This document shows positions 30,169 through 39,794 of a stretch of 64,000 nt of DNA, in pieces. The translations under genes were made by a program, and so were the position numbers. The notes beneath the pieces were generated by a model. That model saw only the letters and a program-made list of their open reading frames with translations. It was not told the DNA's origin and searched no databases. Location: the NCBI GenBank assembly GCA_945861645.1, contig CAMAVZ010000001.1, forward strand, positions 64,001 through 128,000, read 5' to 3'. Source of the stretch: Opitutus sp. GAS368 (lineage in GTDB: Bacteria; Verrucomicrobiota; Verrucomicrobiia; Opitutales; Opitutaceae). Every line of letters begins with the position of its first letter. Positions within the stretch are counted from its first letter, which is position 1.

Positions 30169-33100
30169 TCAGCGCCGCTTAACGCTCGGGCGGGCTAATT
30201 TTGCCCGGAGATACGGAGCGGTGGGGCTGCGCTTAACGTCTAATAAGTTGGCGAGTGGTCCTTGATAAATAATCTCGCCGCCGCGCGGTCCACCGCCGGG
30301 TCCGAGTTCGATGACGTAATCGGCTTCGGCCAGCAGATCGAGGTGATGTTCGATCACAATGACGCTATGGCCTTGCTCGACGAGATTGTGCAGCACGCGA
30401 ATGAGCTTTTCGCAGTCACTCAGATGCAGCCCGATGGTGGGTTCCTCGAGCAGGTAGAGATTGCGCACCGTGAGATCATGCGAGCGTTCGCGAAAGCTCG
30501 GCAGGCCTTTCGCTAATTCTGTGACGAGTTTTAGCCGCTGCGCTTCCCCGCCGGAGAGTGAGGGGCTGCTTTGGCCCAAGGTCAGGTAACCCAATCCGCA
30601 ATCGATCATCAGTCGGCACACTTGCGAGAGCTGCGAGTGGAAATCAAAAAAGAGGGCGGCCTCATCGAAGGATAGGCGGAGCACTTGGCCGATGGTTTTA
30701 TTTTTCCACGTAATGTCGGCTAGCTCTGGGCTATAGCGGGAGCCGTTGCAGTCATCGCAGGGCAGATAAGAATCTGGCATGAAGGCCATTTCCAATTTGA
30801 TCCGGCCGGCTCCAGAGCAAGTCGCGCAACGGCCGCCCGCGGTATTGAAGGAAAAACGGCTGGCCGTGTAACCGCGCAGTTTGGACTCGGGGAGCGTCGC
30901 AAAAAATTGTCGAATGAGATCAAAAATTCCGAGATAAGTTGCCGGCGTGGAACGCGGGGTCTTGCCGATGGGGTTTTGGTCAACCTCGATGACCGCCTTG
31001 AATTTACTGACTCCCGTGAGTTGGGCAAAAGGCGGCGCCGGGTTGGCGGGCGTATTTTTGGCCTCCGCCGCAAATTTCGCCCAACGTACAAAATCTTTGC
31101 CGGTAAGCTTAGCTTTACGGTTTTGAATCGCGCAGTTCACCGCGGGGTCGAGAATATCGCGAAAGAGGGTCGATTTTCCCGCGCCGCTGGGACCGCAGAC
31201 CATGACGAGTCGACCGAGGGGCAGGCGCAGCGATTGGTTGCGCAGATTGCGATAGGTTATCCCCTTTAATTCCAGCCAGGCGACTGGGGCCGTGGGGGGC
31301 GCTGGCTGGCTCGCGGGACGTCGGCCCGCCAGTTTGATTAATTCTAGAGGGCGATATGCGCCGCGCAGCGGGTGGGTGATGCCTTGCTTGAGGTAACGCC
31401 CAGTGAGTGAGGCGGCATTTTTTTTAAGTTGAGCGGGCGAATCGTTAGCCAGGACGGCGCCGCCGTGAATCCCCGCCCCGGGCCCGAGGTCGATAATCCG
31501 ATCAGCTCGTTTCATGAGGCCATCGTCATGTTCAACTACCAGGAGGGTATTCCCTTTGGCCCGCAGGGCTTCCAGCGTAGCGATGAGTTGATCATTATCG
31601 CGGGCGTGCAGTCCGATCGAAGGTTCATCGAGCACATAGAGCACCCCGGAGAGATTGGAGCCGAGCTGGGCCGCGAGACGAATGCGCTGGGCTTCTCCGC
31701 CCGAGAGGGTTTCGGTGGGTCGATCGAGTTCGAGATAATCAAGACCCACCGATCCAAGAAAACGGAGACGTTCGGCAATTTGCGGAATGATGTCTTGCGT
31801 GATGAGGCGGCCGCGGGCTTCGAGTTGCAGATTGCGCAGGGTGGCGAGCAACTGATCGGGCGTGAGCCGGCTTAAGGCGGGCAGCGTGATGGGGTCACCT
31901 TTTTTTAGCGGTAACTTGACGGCCCGCGCGATGCGGCTGAGGCGTTCGCCCTGACAAGTGGGGCAGAGTTGACCGTCGGCGGACGGATCATCGGGGTCGA
32001 AGGAGCGGAGGGCATCGACCACTTCCACTGGGCGCTCCTCTTCTTCATCGGGCTGCAACATCCAAGTGTAAATGTGGCCGTGGCCGCGGCAGGTGGGGCA
32101 CCAGCCTTTGGGCGAATTAAAGGAAAAGTTTTTCGGATCGAGCGAGGGGAAGGACTCGCCCGAGGTGATGTCCGTGCGCGTGGTGGAAAACCAAGAAAGA
32201 ATTTGGCCGTTGGGGGTGAGTAAGAAACAAGCGCCTTGGCCTAATTTTAGCGCGGTCGTGAGCGCGGTCGCCCGGCTGAGTGGTGGGGATGCTTTCAGAT
32301 CGGCGACGACCACTTCGATGTCATGTTCTTTGTAGCGATCGAGCTTCTGGAAGTTTTCGACGCGGCTGAGTCGGCCATCATTACGCATCAGTGAGTAGCC
32401 CTGTTTTTCGATCCACTGCGCAATGGGTTCGTGGTGACCTTTGCGGGCGCGAATGAGGGGGGCGCAGAGGTAGAGATGCTTCGCTTTACGTGCAGCCGGC
32501 TGGGCGATCACTTTTTCGAGGAGTCGCTGCAGCTGAATGGGGGTCAACGGCGTGACGGCGCGGCCGGTTTCCGGATGATGCTGCACGCCGAGACGGGCGT
32601 AGAGGAGGCGAAGATATTGAGCGACCTCGGTAATCGTCGCGACCGTAGATTTACGCGAGCCGCGGGTGCTGCGCTGTTCGATGGCGACGGTGGGAGGAAT
32701 GCCCGTGAGTCGATCGATATCCGGCCGCGGCAGTTGCTCCACGAATTGGCGAGCATAGGGCGACATCGATTCCATGAAGCGCCGTTGGCCCTCGGCAAAA
32801 ATAATATCAAACGCTAAGGTGGATTTGCCGGAGCCCGACACGCCGGTGACGACGGTGAGTTGGCGATGGGGAATGGTGAGCGAAATATTTTTTAGATTAT
32901 TTTCCCGCGCCCCTATCACGGTCAACTCGGGCACCGCGCGTCGCGGGGTGGCGGCATAATGCGCGGCCGGCTCAGCTACGCGCCGCGCCGCGTCCGCTTG
33001 GTTGAACTCACGATTGCTGAGCGCCACGCGGAGGAAAGGCGAAGTGGCGGTGGTTGCGTGGGCGAGATCCTCCGGGGTGCCGGCGAGCACAATCTGGCCG

Positions 33101-36051
33101 CCCTGGGCACCGGCTTCGGGTCCGATTTCGAGAATCCAGTCGGCGGATTTAAGGACGTCGAGATTATGCTCGATTACGATAATGCTGTGGCCGCGGTCGA
33201 CGATGCGCTGCAGCACCGCCAGCAGGCGTTTTACATCATGTCGGTGAAGGCCCGTGGTCGGCTCGTCGAGGAGGAGCAGCGCGCCGGGCGGGGGTGGCCG
33301 CGGCTGGTTTTCGATTTTTGATTGGCGCGCCGGCGCAGCAGGATTTTTTTTAGGGCGGGATTTTTCCTTGATGAGGTGGTCAGCGGATTCATCGGTGAAA
33401 CCAGAGAGGTAGCGGATAAGTTTCAGGCGCTGGGCCTCGCCGCCCGAGAGAGTATTCAGCGGTTGGCCGAGGGGTAAATAGCCGAGGCCCACTTCCGCCA
33501 AAGCGGCGAGGCGTTGGTGAATTTTAGGATGCTCAGCGAAGAGCGGCAAGGCGTCGGCAATCGTTGTGGCCAGCAGCGCGGCCACCGACTGACCGTGCCA
33601 GGTGATGGCGAGTACCTCCAGCTTAAAGCGACGACCTTCACAAACCGCGCAGGGGACGAATACATCAGAAAGAAACTGCATCTCGACCCGCTCACTCCCT
33701 AACCCTTGGCAGTGATCGCAGCGACCCTCGCCGGAGTTGAAGGAAAAACTGGAGGCGTTGAAGCCCGCGGCTTGGGCGGCCGGGACCGCCGCATAAAGTT
33801 CACGAATTAATTCCCAAGCCTCACAATACAGCGCGGGATTCGATCGCGGCGTTCGGCTGAGCGGCGATTGGTCGACCAGCACGACTTCGCTGAACGCTAA
33901 ATCAGAATGGATGGATTCGATCGCGGCGGGATCATCGGTTAGCAGTTGGCGCTGGGCCAAAAGCCCTTGATGGATGACGTGATTAAGTAAGGTGGATTTA
34001 CCGGAGCCAGATACCCCCGAGAGACAGACGAAGCGCTGCAGTGGCAGGCGGAAGGAAAGTGCGTGGAGGTTGTGCTTGGACGCGTTCTGAAAATTTAACC
34101 AAGGGGCCGTCGCGGTGGATCGGCGGGCGGGGGGGAGCTCGATGTGTTGCCGACCCGACAGATAAGCGCCGGTGAGGCTGCGCGGAGATTTAAGCAGCGC
34201 CGCGAGGTTGCCTTGAAACACGAGGTGTCCGCCCCGCGCACCCGGTTCAGGCCCGATTTCGATCAAATGATCGGCCGCGCGAATCATCGCTTCATCGTGC
34301 TCGACCACGACCACCGTATTGCCGGCGGCGGTGAGAGTGCGAATGATGCTGATGAGACGATCGATGTCGCGTGGGTGTAAACCGACGGAAGGTTCATCGA
34401 GCACGAATAGCGTATCAACGAGCGCGGTGCCGAGGCAGGCGGTCAGATTGACGCGTTGTACTTCACCGCCGGAAAGGGTGCGGGAGGTGCGGTCGAGCGT
34501 GAGATAGCCGAGACCAACCTGTTCCAGATAGCGAAGTCGAGTGACGATCGAGTCATGGGCCAAGTCCCGTTGGTGCGCGGCTGATGGACTGGTTGGCGCG
34601 CCATTCGAATCAGCCGGCTTGAGCAGGGCGAGTAGGGTGCTGACTGGCAGTTGATAAAGCTGGGGCAGGGTATAGCCGCGCCATTGCCAGCAGAGGGCTT
34701 CGGGTTGCAACCGAGCGCCGTGGCAATCAGGGCATTGGTTGTAGGTGCGATAGCGCGAAAGAAAAACGCGCACATGCATTTTGTAGGCGCTTTTTTCCAG
34801 CCAGCGAAAAAATCCCTTCAGGCCGTACCAATAATCCGGCCAATGTTTTTCTCCCTCACTGTTATAGCCGGGCTCGCCCTCGATGACGTAAGCTTGTTGC
34901 GCGGGGCTAAGCGTGGCAAAGGGGACGTGAGTGGGGATGCCTTTTTTTTTGGCGAAAGATAAAAAATCTTGTTTGGACTCACCGTAGACTTCGCTTTCCC
35001 ACGGTTTAATCGCGCCCTCATCGATGGACCGCGATTGATCGGGGAGGGCGAGCCGGTAGTCGATTTCGATTACCCGGCCAAACCCGCGACATTTCGGGCA
35101 GGCGCCCAGCGGGGAATTAAAAGAAAACATACCCGGTGAAGCGGCGCGAAAAGTGCGACCGGTCTGGGGCGAGTGGAGGCCTTGGGAGTAATGCCCGGCG
35201 GGCGCGAGGTTATCGGCGGTGAAGAGATAAATCTGGCCTTGGCCGAAATGCAGACAGGTTTCGGTGGCTTCCTGGAAACGCGTTTGGTGTTCAGTGGTGA
35301 GCAGCAAGCGATCTTGGATGACATAAACGCAGGGCCAATTATGTGCGTCTAAGCTGTCGCGATCGGCGGGCGAAGCCGCCAAGGTCGCTAGCAGATCATC
35401 GATTTTATGCAGGGTCAGAGTTGCCGCGGGAGCGGGCGCGGCGGGCGACTGCTGGGCTGAGGCGCGGGTGGGCACCAACCCGCGCGTGTAACCTTGGCCT
35501 TTAATGCTGGTGAGCATTTCTGGCCACGCGAGGTTGGTCGGGCGCGTGATCCGAAAGCATAACAGTAAGGTGGCGGGCTGGGCGGACGGTCGAAAATGAG
35601 CGGCGTACGTTTTTTTCCAGATGGTGGCTGGGGTATCATCTTCGACCGGTTCCCCCGTGGCGGGATCGTAGCAGGTGGCCACATGACTGAACCAAATTTT
35701 GGCGAAATCGGTTAGCTCTGTCATGGTTCCCACGGTGGAGCGGGAGGTTTTGACCGTGTTGGTCTGCTCGATGGCGATCGACGGCCGGATATTTTCAATC
35801 GCATCAACCTTAGGCTTATCGAGAAGATCGAGAAATTGGCGGGTGTAGGCCGAGAATGTTTCGACGTAGCGCCGCTGACCCTCGGCGTGCAGCGTATCAA
35901 AAACAAGCGATGATTTTCCCGCCCCGCTCAACCCGGTGACGACGATGTAGCGACCGAGGGGGAGATCTAGGTCGAAGCCTTTGAGGTTGTGCTGGTGAAC
36001 ACCGCGGAGGCGAATGGATTCAGGCGCGGAGGAGGGAGGCACGGAGGGCAA
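30169..36051 (-). CDS. uvrA: Excinuclease ABC subunit A, tandem-fused double UvrA (1960 aa)
   Basis: Four Walker A motifs (GLSGAGKS, GVSGSGKS x2, GPSGAGKS), four LSGGE signatures, two AEGQRR motifs, Zn fingers. Confidence 0.95.
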   Translation of the reverse strand: MPSVPPSSAPESIRLRGVHQHNLKGFDLDLPLGRYIVVTGLSGAGKSSLVFDTLHAEGQRRYVETFSAYTRQFLDLLDKPKVDAIENIRPSIAIEQTNTVKTSRSTVGTMTELTDFAKIWFSHVATCYDPATGEPVEDDTPATIWKKTYAAHFRPSAQPATLLLCFRITRPTNLAWPEMLTSIKGQGYTRGLVPTRASAQQSPAAPAPAATLTLHKIDDLLATLAASPADRDSLDAHNWPCVYVIQDRLLLTTEHQTRFQEATETCLHFGQGQIYLFTADNLAPAGHYSQGLHSPQTGRTFRAASPGMFSFNSPLGACPKCRGFGRVIEIDYRLALPDQSRSIDEGAIKPWESEVYGESKQDFLSFAKKKGIPTHVPFATLSPAQQAYVIEGEPGYNSEGEKHWPDYWYGLKGFFRWLEKSAYKMHVRVFLSRYRTYNQCPDCHGARLQPEALCWQWRGYTLPQLYQLPVSTLLALLKPADSNGAPTSPSAAHQRDLAHDSIVTRLRYLEQVGLGYLTLDRTSRTLSGGEVQRVNLTACLGTALVDTLFVLDEPSVGLHPRDIDRLISIIRTLTAAGNTVVVVEHDEAMIRAADHLIEIGPEPGARGGHLVFQGNLAALLKSPRSLTGAYLSGRQHIELPPARRSTATAPWLNFQNASKHNLHALSFRLPLQRFVCLSGVSGSGKSTLLNHVIHQGLLAQRQLLTDDPAAIESIHSDLAFSEVVLVDQSPLSRTPRSNPALYCEAWELIRELYAAVPAAQAAGFNASSFSFNSGEGRCDHCQGLGSERVEMQFLSDVFVPCAVCEGRRFKLEVLAITWHGQSVAALLATTIADALPLFAEHPKIHQRLAALAEVGLGYLPLGQPLNTLSGGEAQRLKLIRYLSGFTDESADHLIKEKSRPKKNPAAPARQSKIENQPRPPPPGALLLLDEPTTGLHRHDVKRLLAVLQRIVDRGHSIIVIEHNLDVLKSADWILEIGPEAGAQGGQIVLAGTPEDLAHATTATSPFLRVALSNREFNQADAARRVAEPAAHYAATPRRAVPELTVIGARENNLKNISLTIPHRQLTVVTGVSGSGKSTLAFDIIFAEGQRRFMESMSPYARQFVEQLPRPDIDRLTGIPPTVAIEQRSTRGSRKSTVATITEVAQYLRLLYARLGVQHHPETGRAVTPLTPIQLQRLLEKVIAQPAARKAKHLYLCAPLIRARKGHHEPIAQWIEKQGYSLMRNDGRLSRVENFQKLDRYKEHDIEVVVADLKASPPLSRATALTTALKLGQGACFLLTPNGQILSWFSTTRTDITSGESFPSLDPKNFSFNSPKGWCPTCRGHGHIYTWMLQPDEEEERPVEVVDALRSFDPDDPSADGQLCPTCQGERLSRIARAVKLPLKKGDPITLPALSRLTPDQLLATLRNLQLEARGRLITQDIIPQIAERLRFLGSVGLDYLELDRPTETLSGGEAQRIRLAAQLGSNLSGVLYVLDEPSIGLHARDNDQLIATLEALRAKGNTLLVVEHDDGLMKRADRIIDLGPGAGIHGGAVLANDSPAQLKKNAASLTGRYLKQGITHPLRGAYRPLELIKLAGRRPASQPAPPTAPVAWLELKGITYRNLRNQSLRLPLGRLVMVCGPSGAGKSTLFRDILDPAVNCAIQNRKAKLTGKDFVRWAKFAAEAKNTPANPAPPFAQLTGVSKFKAVIEVDQNPIGKTPRSTPATYLGIFDLIRQFFATLPESKLRGYTASRFSFNTAGGRCATCSGAGRIKLEMAFMPDSYLPCDDCNGSRYSPELADITWKNKTIGQVLRLSFDEAALFFDFHSQLSQVCRLMIDCGLGYLTLGQSSPSLSGGEAQRLKLVTELAKGLPSFRERSHDLTVRNLYLLEEPTIGLHLSDCEKLIRVLHNLVEQGHSVIVIEHHLDLLAEADYVIELGPGGGPRGGEIIYQGPLANLLDVKRSPTAPYLRAKLARPSVKRR

Positions 36052-36145
36052 GAAAGAGACGAATTGCGGGAAAGCAACTCGAGCATGCTGACGGCCGTGG
36101 CTGTGTTCGCCCGTGCGCCGCCGGCTCGGTTCAGCGGGCCGTCAG

Positions 36146-37231
36146 CTAAGTCTGGGTCAGCTCGCGGAAGAGATTTAAATGGGCTTGAACTTGATGGGTC
36201 GGGGCAAAATTGGCATGGGCGTGGCGGCGGCCTTGCTCGGCAAAGCGGTGGCGCAGGGCGGGCTCGCGAATTAACCTTTCGAGGGCTGCGCCGAAGCCGG
36301 TCTGATGGTGGTTGGCAATCAGGTAACCGGAGCGGTCGGGTACAAAGCATTCACCGACGCCGACGATATCATAAGCTACGGTGGGTAAGCCATGGAGCTG
36401 AGCTTCGATTAAAAAATTGGGCAGCGACTCACTCTGAGAAGCTAATACGGCGAGATCCGCCGCGAGATACAGTGGCGCGGGATTTGATTGGTAGCCGAGA
36501 AATTTAACGCGCGAGCCGAGGCCAAGGTCATGCGCGAGCCGCGCGCACTTCTTGCGCGCGGAACCTTCGCCGGCGAGCCAGAGCTGCCAGTCGAGGTAGC
36601 CGGGAAGTTTCGCGCAAATCTCAATTAATTCGCGTTGATTTTTTTCTGGGCGAAACATGGCCACATTGAGTAGCACCATCGTAGTGGGCGTGGCCTGATG
36701 GAGGCGCCGCAAGGCTTGATTGCGGGCGGCGTTTGCTTCGTTTGAGCAAAGCACAGAATTATGGATAACGGTAATTTGATGAGCGGGGAGGTTGTGCTGA
36801 TCAGTCAGGACGCGTTTAGCCACATGACTGTTCGCCACAATATGGCGGCACCGTTGGAGGGAGCGCACAAATAAGTAGGGCAAGGGTTTGCCGGTGCGCA
36901 TGGTGCAAATAACTGCGGCCTGAGGAAGGCGTTGCTGGATGAAGCCAGCGTAGCAGTTGGCCATTCGGCCCATGCAGAGCACGAGTTGGGGGGCGGCTTC
37001 CTCAGCTGCCTTGAGCAGGCCAGGCGCAAACCAATCGAAGTGGGTGTCGAATGATTGGAGCGAGCGACAGGCGAACGGTTGTTGCTCGCCATCCCGTTCG
37101 AGGATGCCCCGTGGGCGGAAGGTGAGCAGCGTCACTTCATGCCCAGCTTGAGCAAACGTGGTGGCCATGAACACCGATTGGCGTTCAGTGCCGCCACTGC
37201 GGAGGTAATCTTGGACGATTAGAATTTTCAT
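36146..37231 (-). CDS. Glycosyltransferase family 4
   Basis: GGTERQ, VANS, EKNQ, ESLPNFLIEA (E-x7-E). Confidence 0.9.
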   Translation of the reverse strand: MKILIVQDYLRSGGTERQSVFMATTFAQAGHEVTLLTFRPRGILERDGEQQPFACRSLQSFDTHFDWFAPGLLKAAEEAAPQLVLCMGRMANCYAGFIQQRLPQAAVICTMRTGKPLPYLFVRSLQRCRHIVANSHVAKRVLTDQHNLPAHQITVIHNSVLCSNEANAARNQALRRLHQATPTTMVLLNVAMFRPEKNQRELIEICAKLPGYLDWQLWLAGEGSARKKCARLAHDLGLGSRVKFLGYQSNPAPLYLAADLAVLASQSESLPNFLIEAQLHGLPTVAYDIVGVGECFVPDRSGYLIANHHQTGFGAALERLIREPALRHRFAEQGRRHAHANFAPTHQVQAHLNLFRELTQT

Positions 37232-37271
37232 TGCTCTGCGGAAAGGAGCGTCAAAGTTTCTTTATCAATCA

Positions 37272-37685
37272 ATGAACAACGCATTCGTCAATCTGCTGCT
37301 GCGTGGCTTGATCTTGGCCTTGGGGGTCACGCTGAGTACCCAGTTGGTGGCGGGGATCACTTATGATTCTGGGGCCACTCTCTTGGCGGTCGTGCTCGTA
37401 TTGACTTTTTTTAACGCAGTGCTGAAGCCGATTTTACTGCTTTTTGCGCTGCCTTTTATTGTCCTAACGCTTGGAATCGGCACCTGGGTCATTAATGCCT
37501 GCTTGTTTTATTTTGCCGGTCGAGTGGTGGAGGGTTTTCACGTGGCCAGCTTTAGCTCGGCCTTGTGGGGTGCGCTCATTGTGAGCCTGACGAGCCTGAT
37601 TTTGAATCGGTTTATGGCGCCAGGCAAGCCACCGCGTCCGCCGCCGAGCAATCCTGCTAAACAGGATGATGTGATCGATATCTAG
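37272..37685 (+). CDS. YvlD/DUF360 4-TM membrane protein ('phage holin family' Pfam label)
   Basis: NAVLKPIL..LP...LTLG...INA, F.SAL.GAL. Confidence 0.85.
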   Translation: MNNAFVNLLLRGLILALGVTLSTQLVAGITYDSGATLLAVVLVLTFFNAVLKPILLLFALPFIVLTLGIGTWVINACLFYFAGRVVEGFHVASFSSALWGALIVSLTSLILNRFMAPGKPPRPPPSNPAKQDDVIDI

Positions 37686-37772
37686 GTTAGAGGGGGTGGC
37701 GCTAAACTTTCCTCGTTTCCGTTTGACGAAAATGGCCGTCATGGCGACGTTGCCCGCTTAAATCTCTCTATT

Positions 37773-39167
37773 ATGGCAGACGCAATATACGACTTGGTGA
37801 TCATCGGGGGCGGTCCAGCTGGCTACGTCGGCGCGATTCGCGCTGGGCAGCTGGGCAAGAAGGTCGCGGTGATTGAGCAGGAACGCGCGGGCGGCACGTG
37901 CCTCAACTGGGGCTGCATTCCCACCAAGGCTTTGCTAAAAAGTGCCGAACTTTATCGCACGATTCAAAAAGCGGACGCTTATGGCCTGAGTGTCACCGGC
38001 GCCTCTTTCGATTTCGCCAAAGTGATTGAACGCTCGCGGGGCGTCGCCACCCAAATGGCCAAAGGCGTCGAGTTTCTCCTGAAGAAAAACAAGGTCGATT
38101 ATTTTGTGGGCCAAGGCTCGGTCACTATTCCGGGCATGGTGGAGATTACCTCTGGTGAACATCGGGGTAAATTTTTCCGCACCCAAAATATCCTGCTCTG
38201 CACGGGGCAAAAGCCCAAAGCCTTGCCGGGCTTGCCCGTGGATGGGGTGCGGGTGATGACCTCGCGTGAGGCGCTCGCCGCTAAGACTGCCCCCAAGACG
38301 CTGGCCATTATCGGGGCGGGGGCCATCGGCGTGGAATTTGCTTATTTCTTCAACGCCTTTGGTACGAAGGTTACTCTCATCGAGATGTTGCCACAGGTGC
38401 TGCCGGTGGAAGATGAGGAAGTGGCCAAGCTGTTAGAGCGGAGTTTTACCAAACAGGGCATCGCCGTTCACACCGGGACCAAGAGCGAAAATATCCGCGT
38501 CGGCGCGACCACTGTGAAACTCGATCTCGTCAAAGATGGGGCCAAGACTGAACTCGAAGTCGAGACCGTCTTGGTCGCGATTGGGATTACCTCCGCCCTC
38601 GACGGACTCACTTCCACCAAGGTGAAGCTTGAACTCGATCGCGGCTTTGTGCAGGTCGGCCCCGATTATCAAACGAGTACCCCTGGTATTTATGCGGCCG
38701 GTGATATTCAGGGTCCGCCGTGGCTGGCGCACGTGGCGTCCTTTCGGGCCGTGCAGGCCGTGGAGGGGATGTTTGGTCACAGCCAGCCCAAGCCAGTCGG
38801 TATTTTTCCGGGCTGTACGTACTGCCAGCCGCAAGTCGCGAGCACGGGCCTCACCGAAAAAGCCGCCAAGGAGAAGGGGTTGAATTACAAAATCGGGAAA
38901 TTTCCCTTCAGCGCCGTCGGCAAGGCCGTCGCGGCCGGCGATACGGAGGGTTTCGTTAAGGTCATCGCGGACGCGCAGACCGGCGAGATTTATGGGGTGC
39001 ATATTATTGGCCATGAGGCCACGGAGCTCATCGCAGAATACGGTTTGGCGATGAACCTCGAGGCGACGATCAACGATGTGCATCATTCCATTCACGCTCA
39101 TCCGACGCTATCCGAAGCGCTCGGCGAGGCGGCCCTCGCCGCTTTGGGTCGGGCCATTCATATCTGA
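37773..39167 (+). CDS. lpdA: Dihydrolipoyl dehydrogenase
   Basis: GGGPAG, GGTCLNWGCIPTK, GAGAIG, HAHPTLSE. Confidence 0.97.
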   Translation: MADAIYDLVIIGGGPAGYVGAIRAGQLGKKVAVIEQERAGGTCLNWGCIPTKALLKSAELYRTIQKADAYGLSVTGASFDFAKVIERSRGVATQMAKGVEFLLKKNKVDYFVGQGSVTIPGMVEITSGEHRGKFFRTQNILLCTGQKPKALPGLPVDGVRVMTSREALAAKTAPKTLAIIGAGAIGVEFAYFFNAFGTKVTLIEMLPQVLPVEDEEVAKLLERSFTKQGIAVHTGTKSENIRVGATTVKLDLVKDGAKTELEVETVLVAIGITSALDGLTSTKVKLELDRGFVQVGPDYQTSTPGIYAAGDIQGPPWLAHVASFRAVQAVEGMFGHSQPKPVGIFPGCTYCQPQVASTGLTEKAAKEKGLNYKIGKFPFSAVGKAVAAGDTEGFVKVIADAQTGEIYGVHIIGHEATELIAEYGLAMNLEATINDVHHSIHAHPTLSEALGEAALAALGRAIHI

Positions 39168-39353
39168 GTCGAGTCAGGGTTAGTCGGCGTGCCTTGGATC
39201 GACGGGGGATGACTCTTGGTTGGGAGAGACCTTCCTCCCTTTTCGTCCTTATCCCAGTCCAAATAAAACACGCGCCCACATCTGCTGGCCTCGTTTGTAA
39301 TATAATGTGTTACAAACCGAGCCCCCGTAGGGTGGTGGTGAGGTGAGGGGGCT

Positions 39354-39587
39354 TTGGCTGGGCGGATAGTTGTTTTCATCCAATGCCTTTTGGCTACTGC
39401 CACAGCTCAAGATATCTATCCGACCGCCCTCAGTGCCGTCACTGGCAGCAGCACGAATACTCTGTGGGCTCCCAGCGGCAGCGGCTCCGGCGGATCGGCG
39501 GCCTACCGCGTGACTAATTCCCTCGAAATGCAAAATGCCACCGATCGAGCCACGGTCGCGAGCCTAACCGGCAATTTCCTGCGCTGA
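39354..39587 (+). pseudogene. Short ORF resembling the N-terminal fragment of a secreted protein
   Basis: TTG start after GAGGTGAGGGG; signal-peptide-like ..LLATATA/QD; S/T/G-rich; ends 33 bp from the tRNA 3' end. Confidence 0.35.
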
Positions 39588-39620
39588 GCCGATGGCGCGC
39601 AGACCGCTCAAGTATCAAAC

Positions 39621-39695
39621 TGGTGCGAGTGCCGGGAGTCGAACCCGGATCATCAGCTTCGGAGGCGGATACACTATCCATTGTGCTACACTCGC
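39621..39695 (-). tRNA. tRNA-Arg (anticodon CCG)
   Basis: GCGAGTG/CACTCGC acceptor stem, encoded CCA, D-loop GGA with A20, anticodon loop CT-CCG-AA, T-loop TTCGACT. Confidence 0.95.
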
Positions 39696-39794
39696 AGAGA
39701 ACCGAACGCACAGCTTTCTCGGGTAGCCCGGCTTTTCAAGCTGTTTTAATCGTTCGGTGGCAACCAAGTCTCGGGCTGGTTTCGCCCGCGGCGC

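Noticed and set aside
37272-37685. 'Phage holin' as evidence of a prophage
   Set aside because: The YvlD/DUF360 family is commonly chromosomal; no endolysin, integrase or structural genes are nearby.
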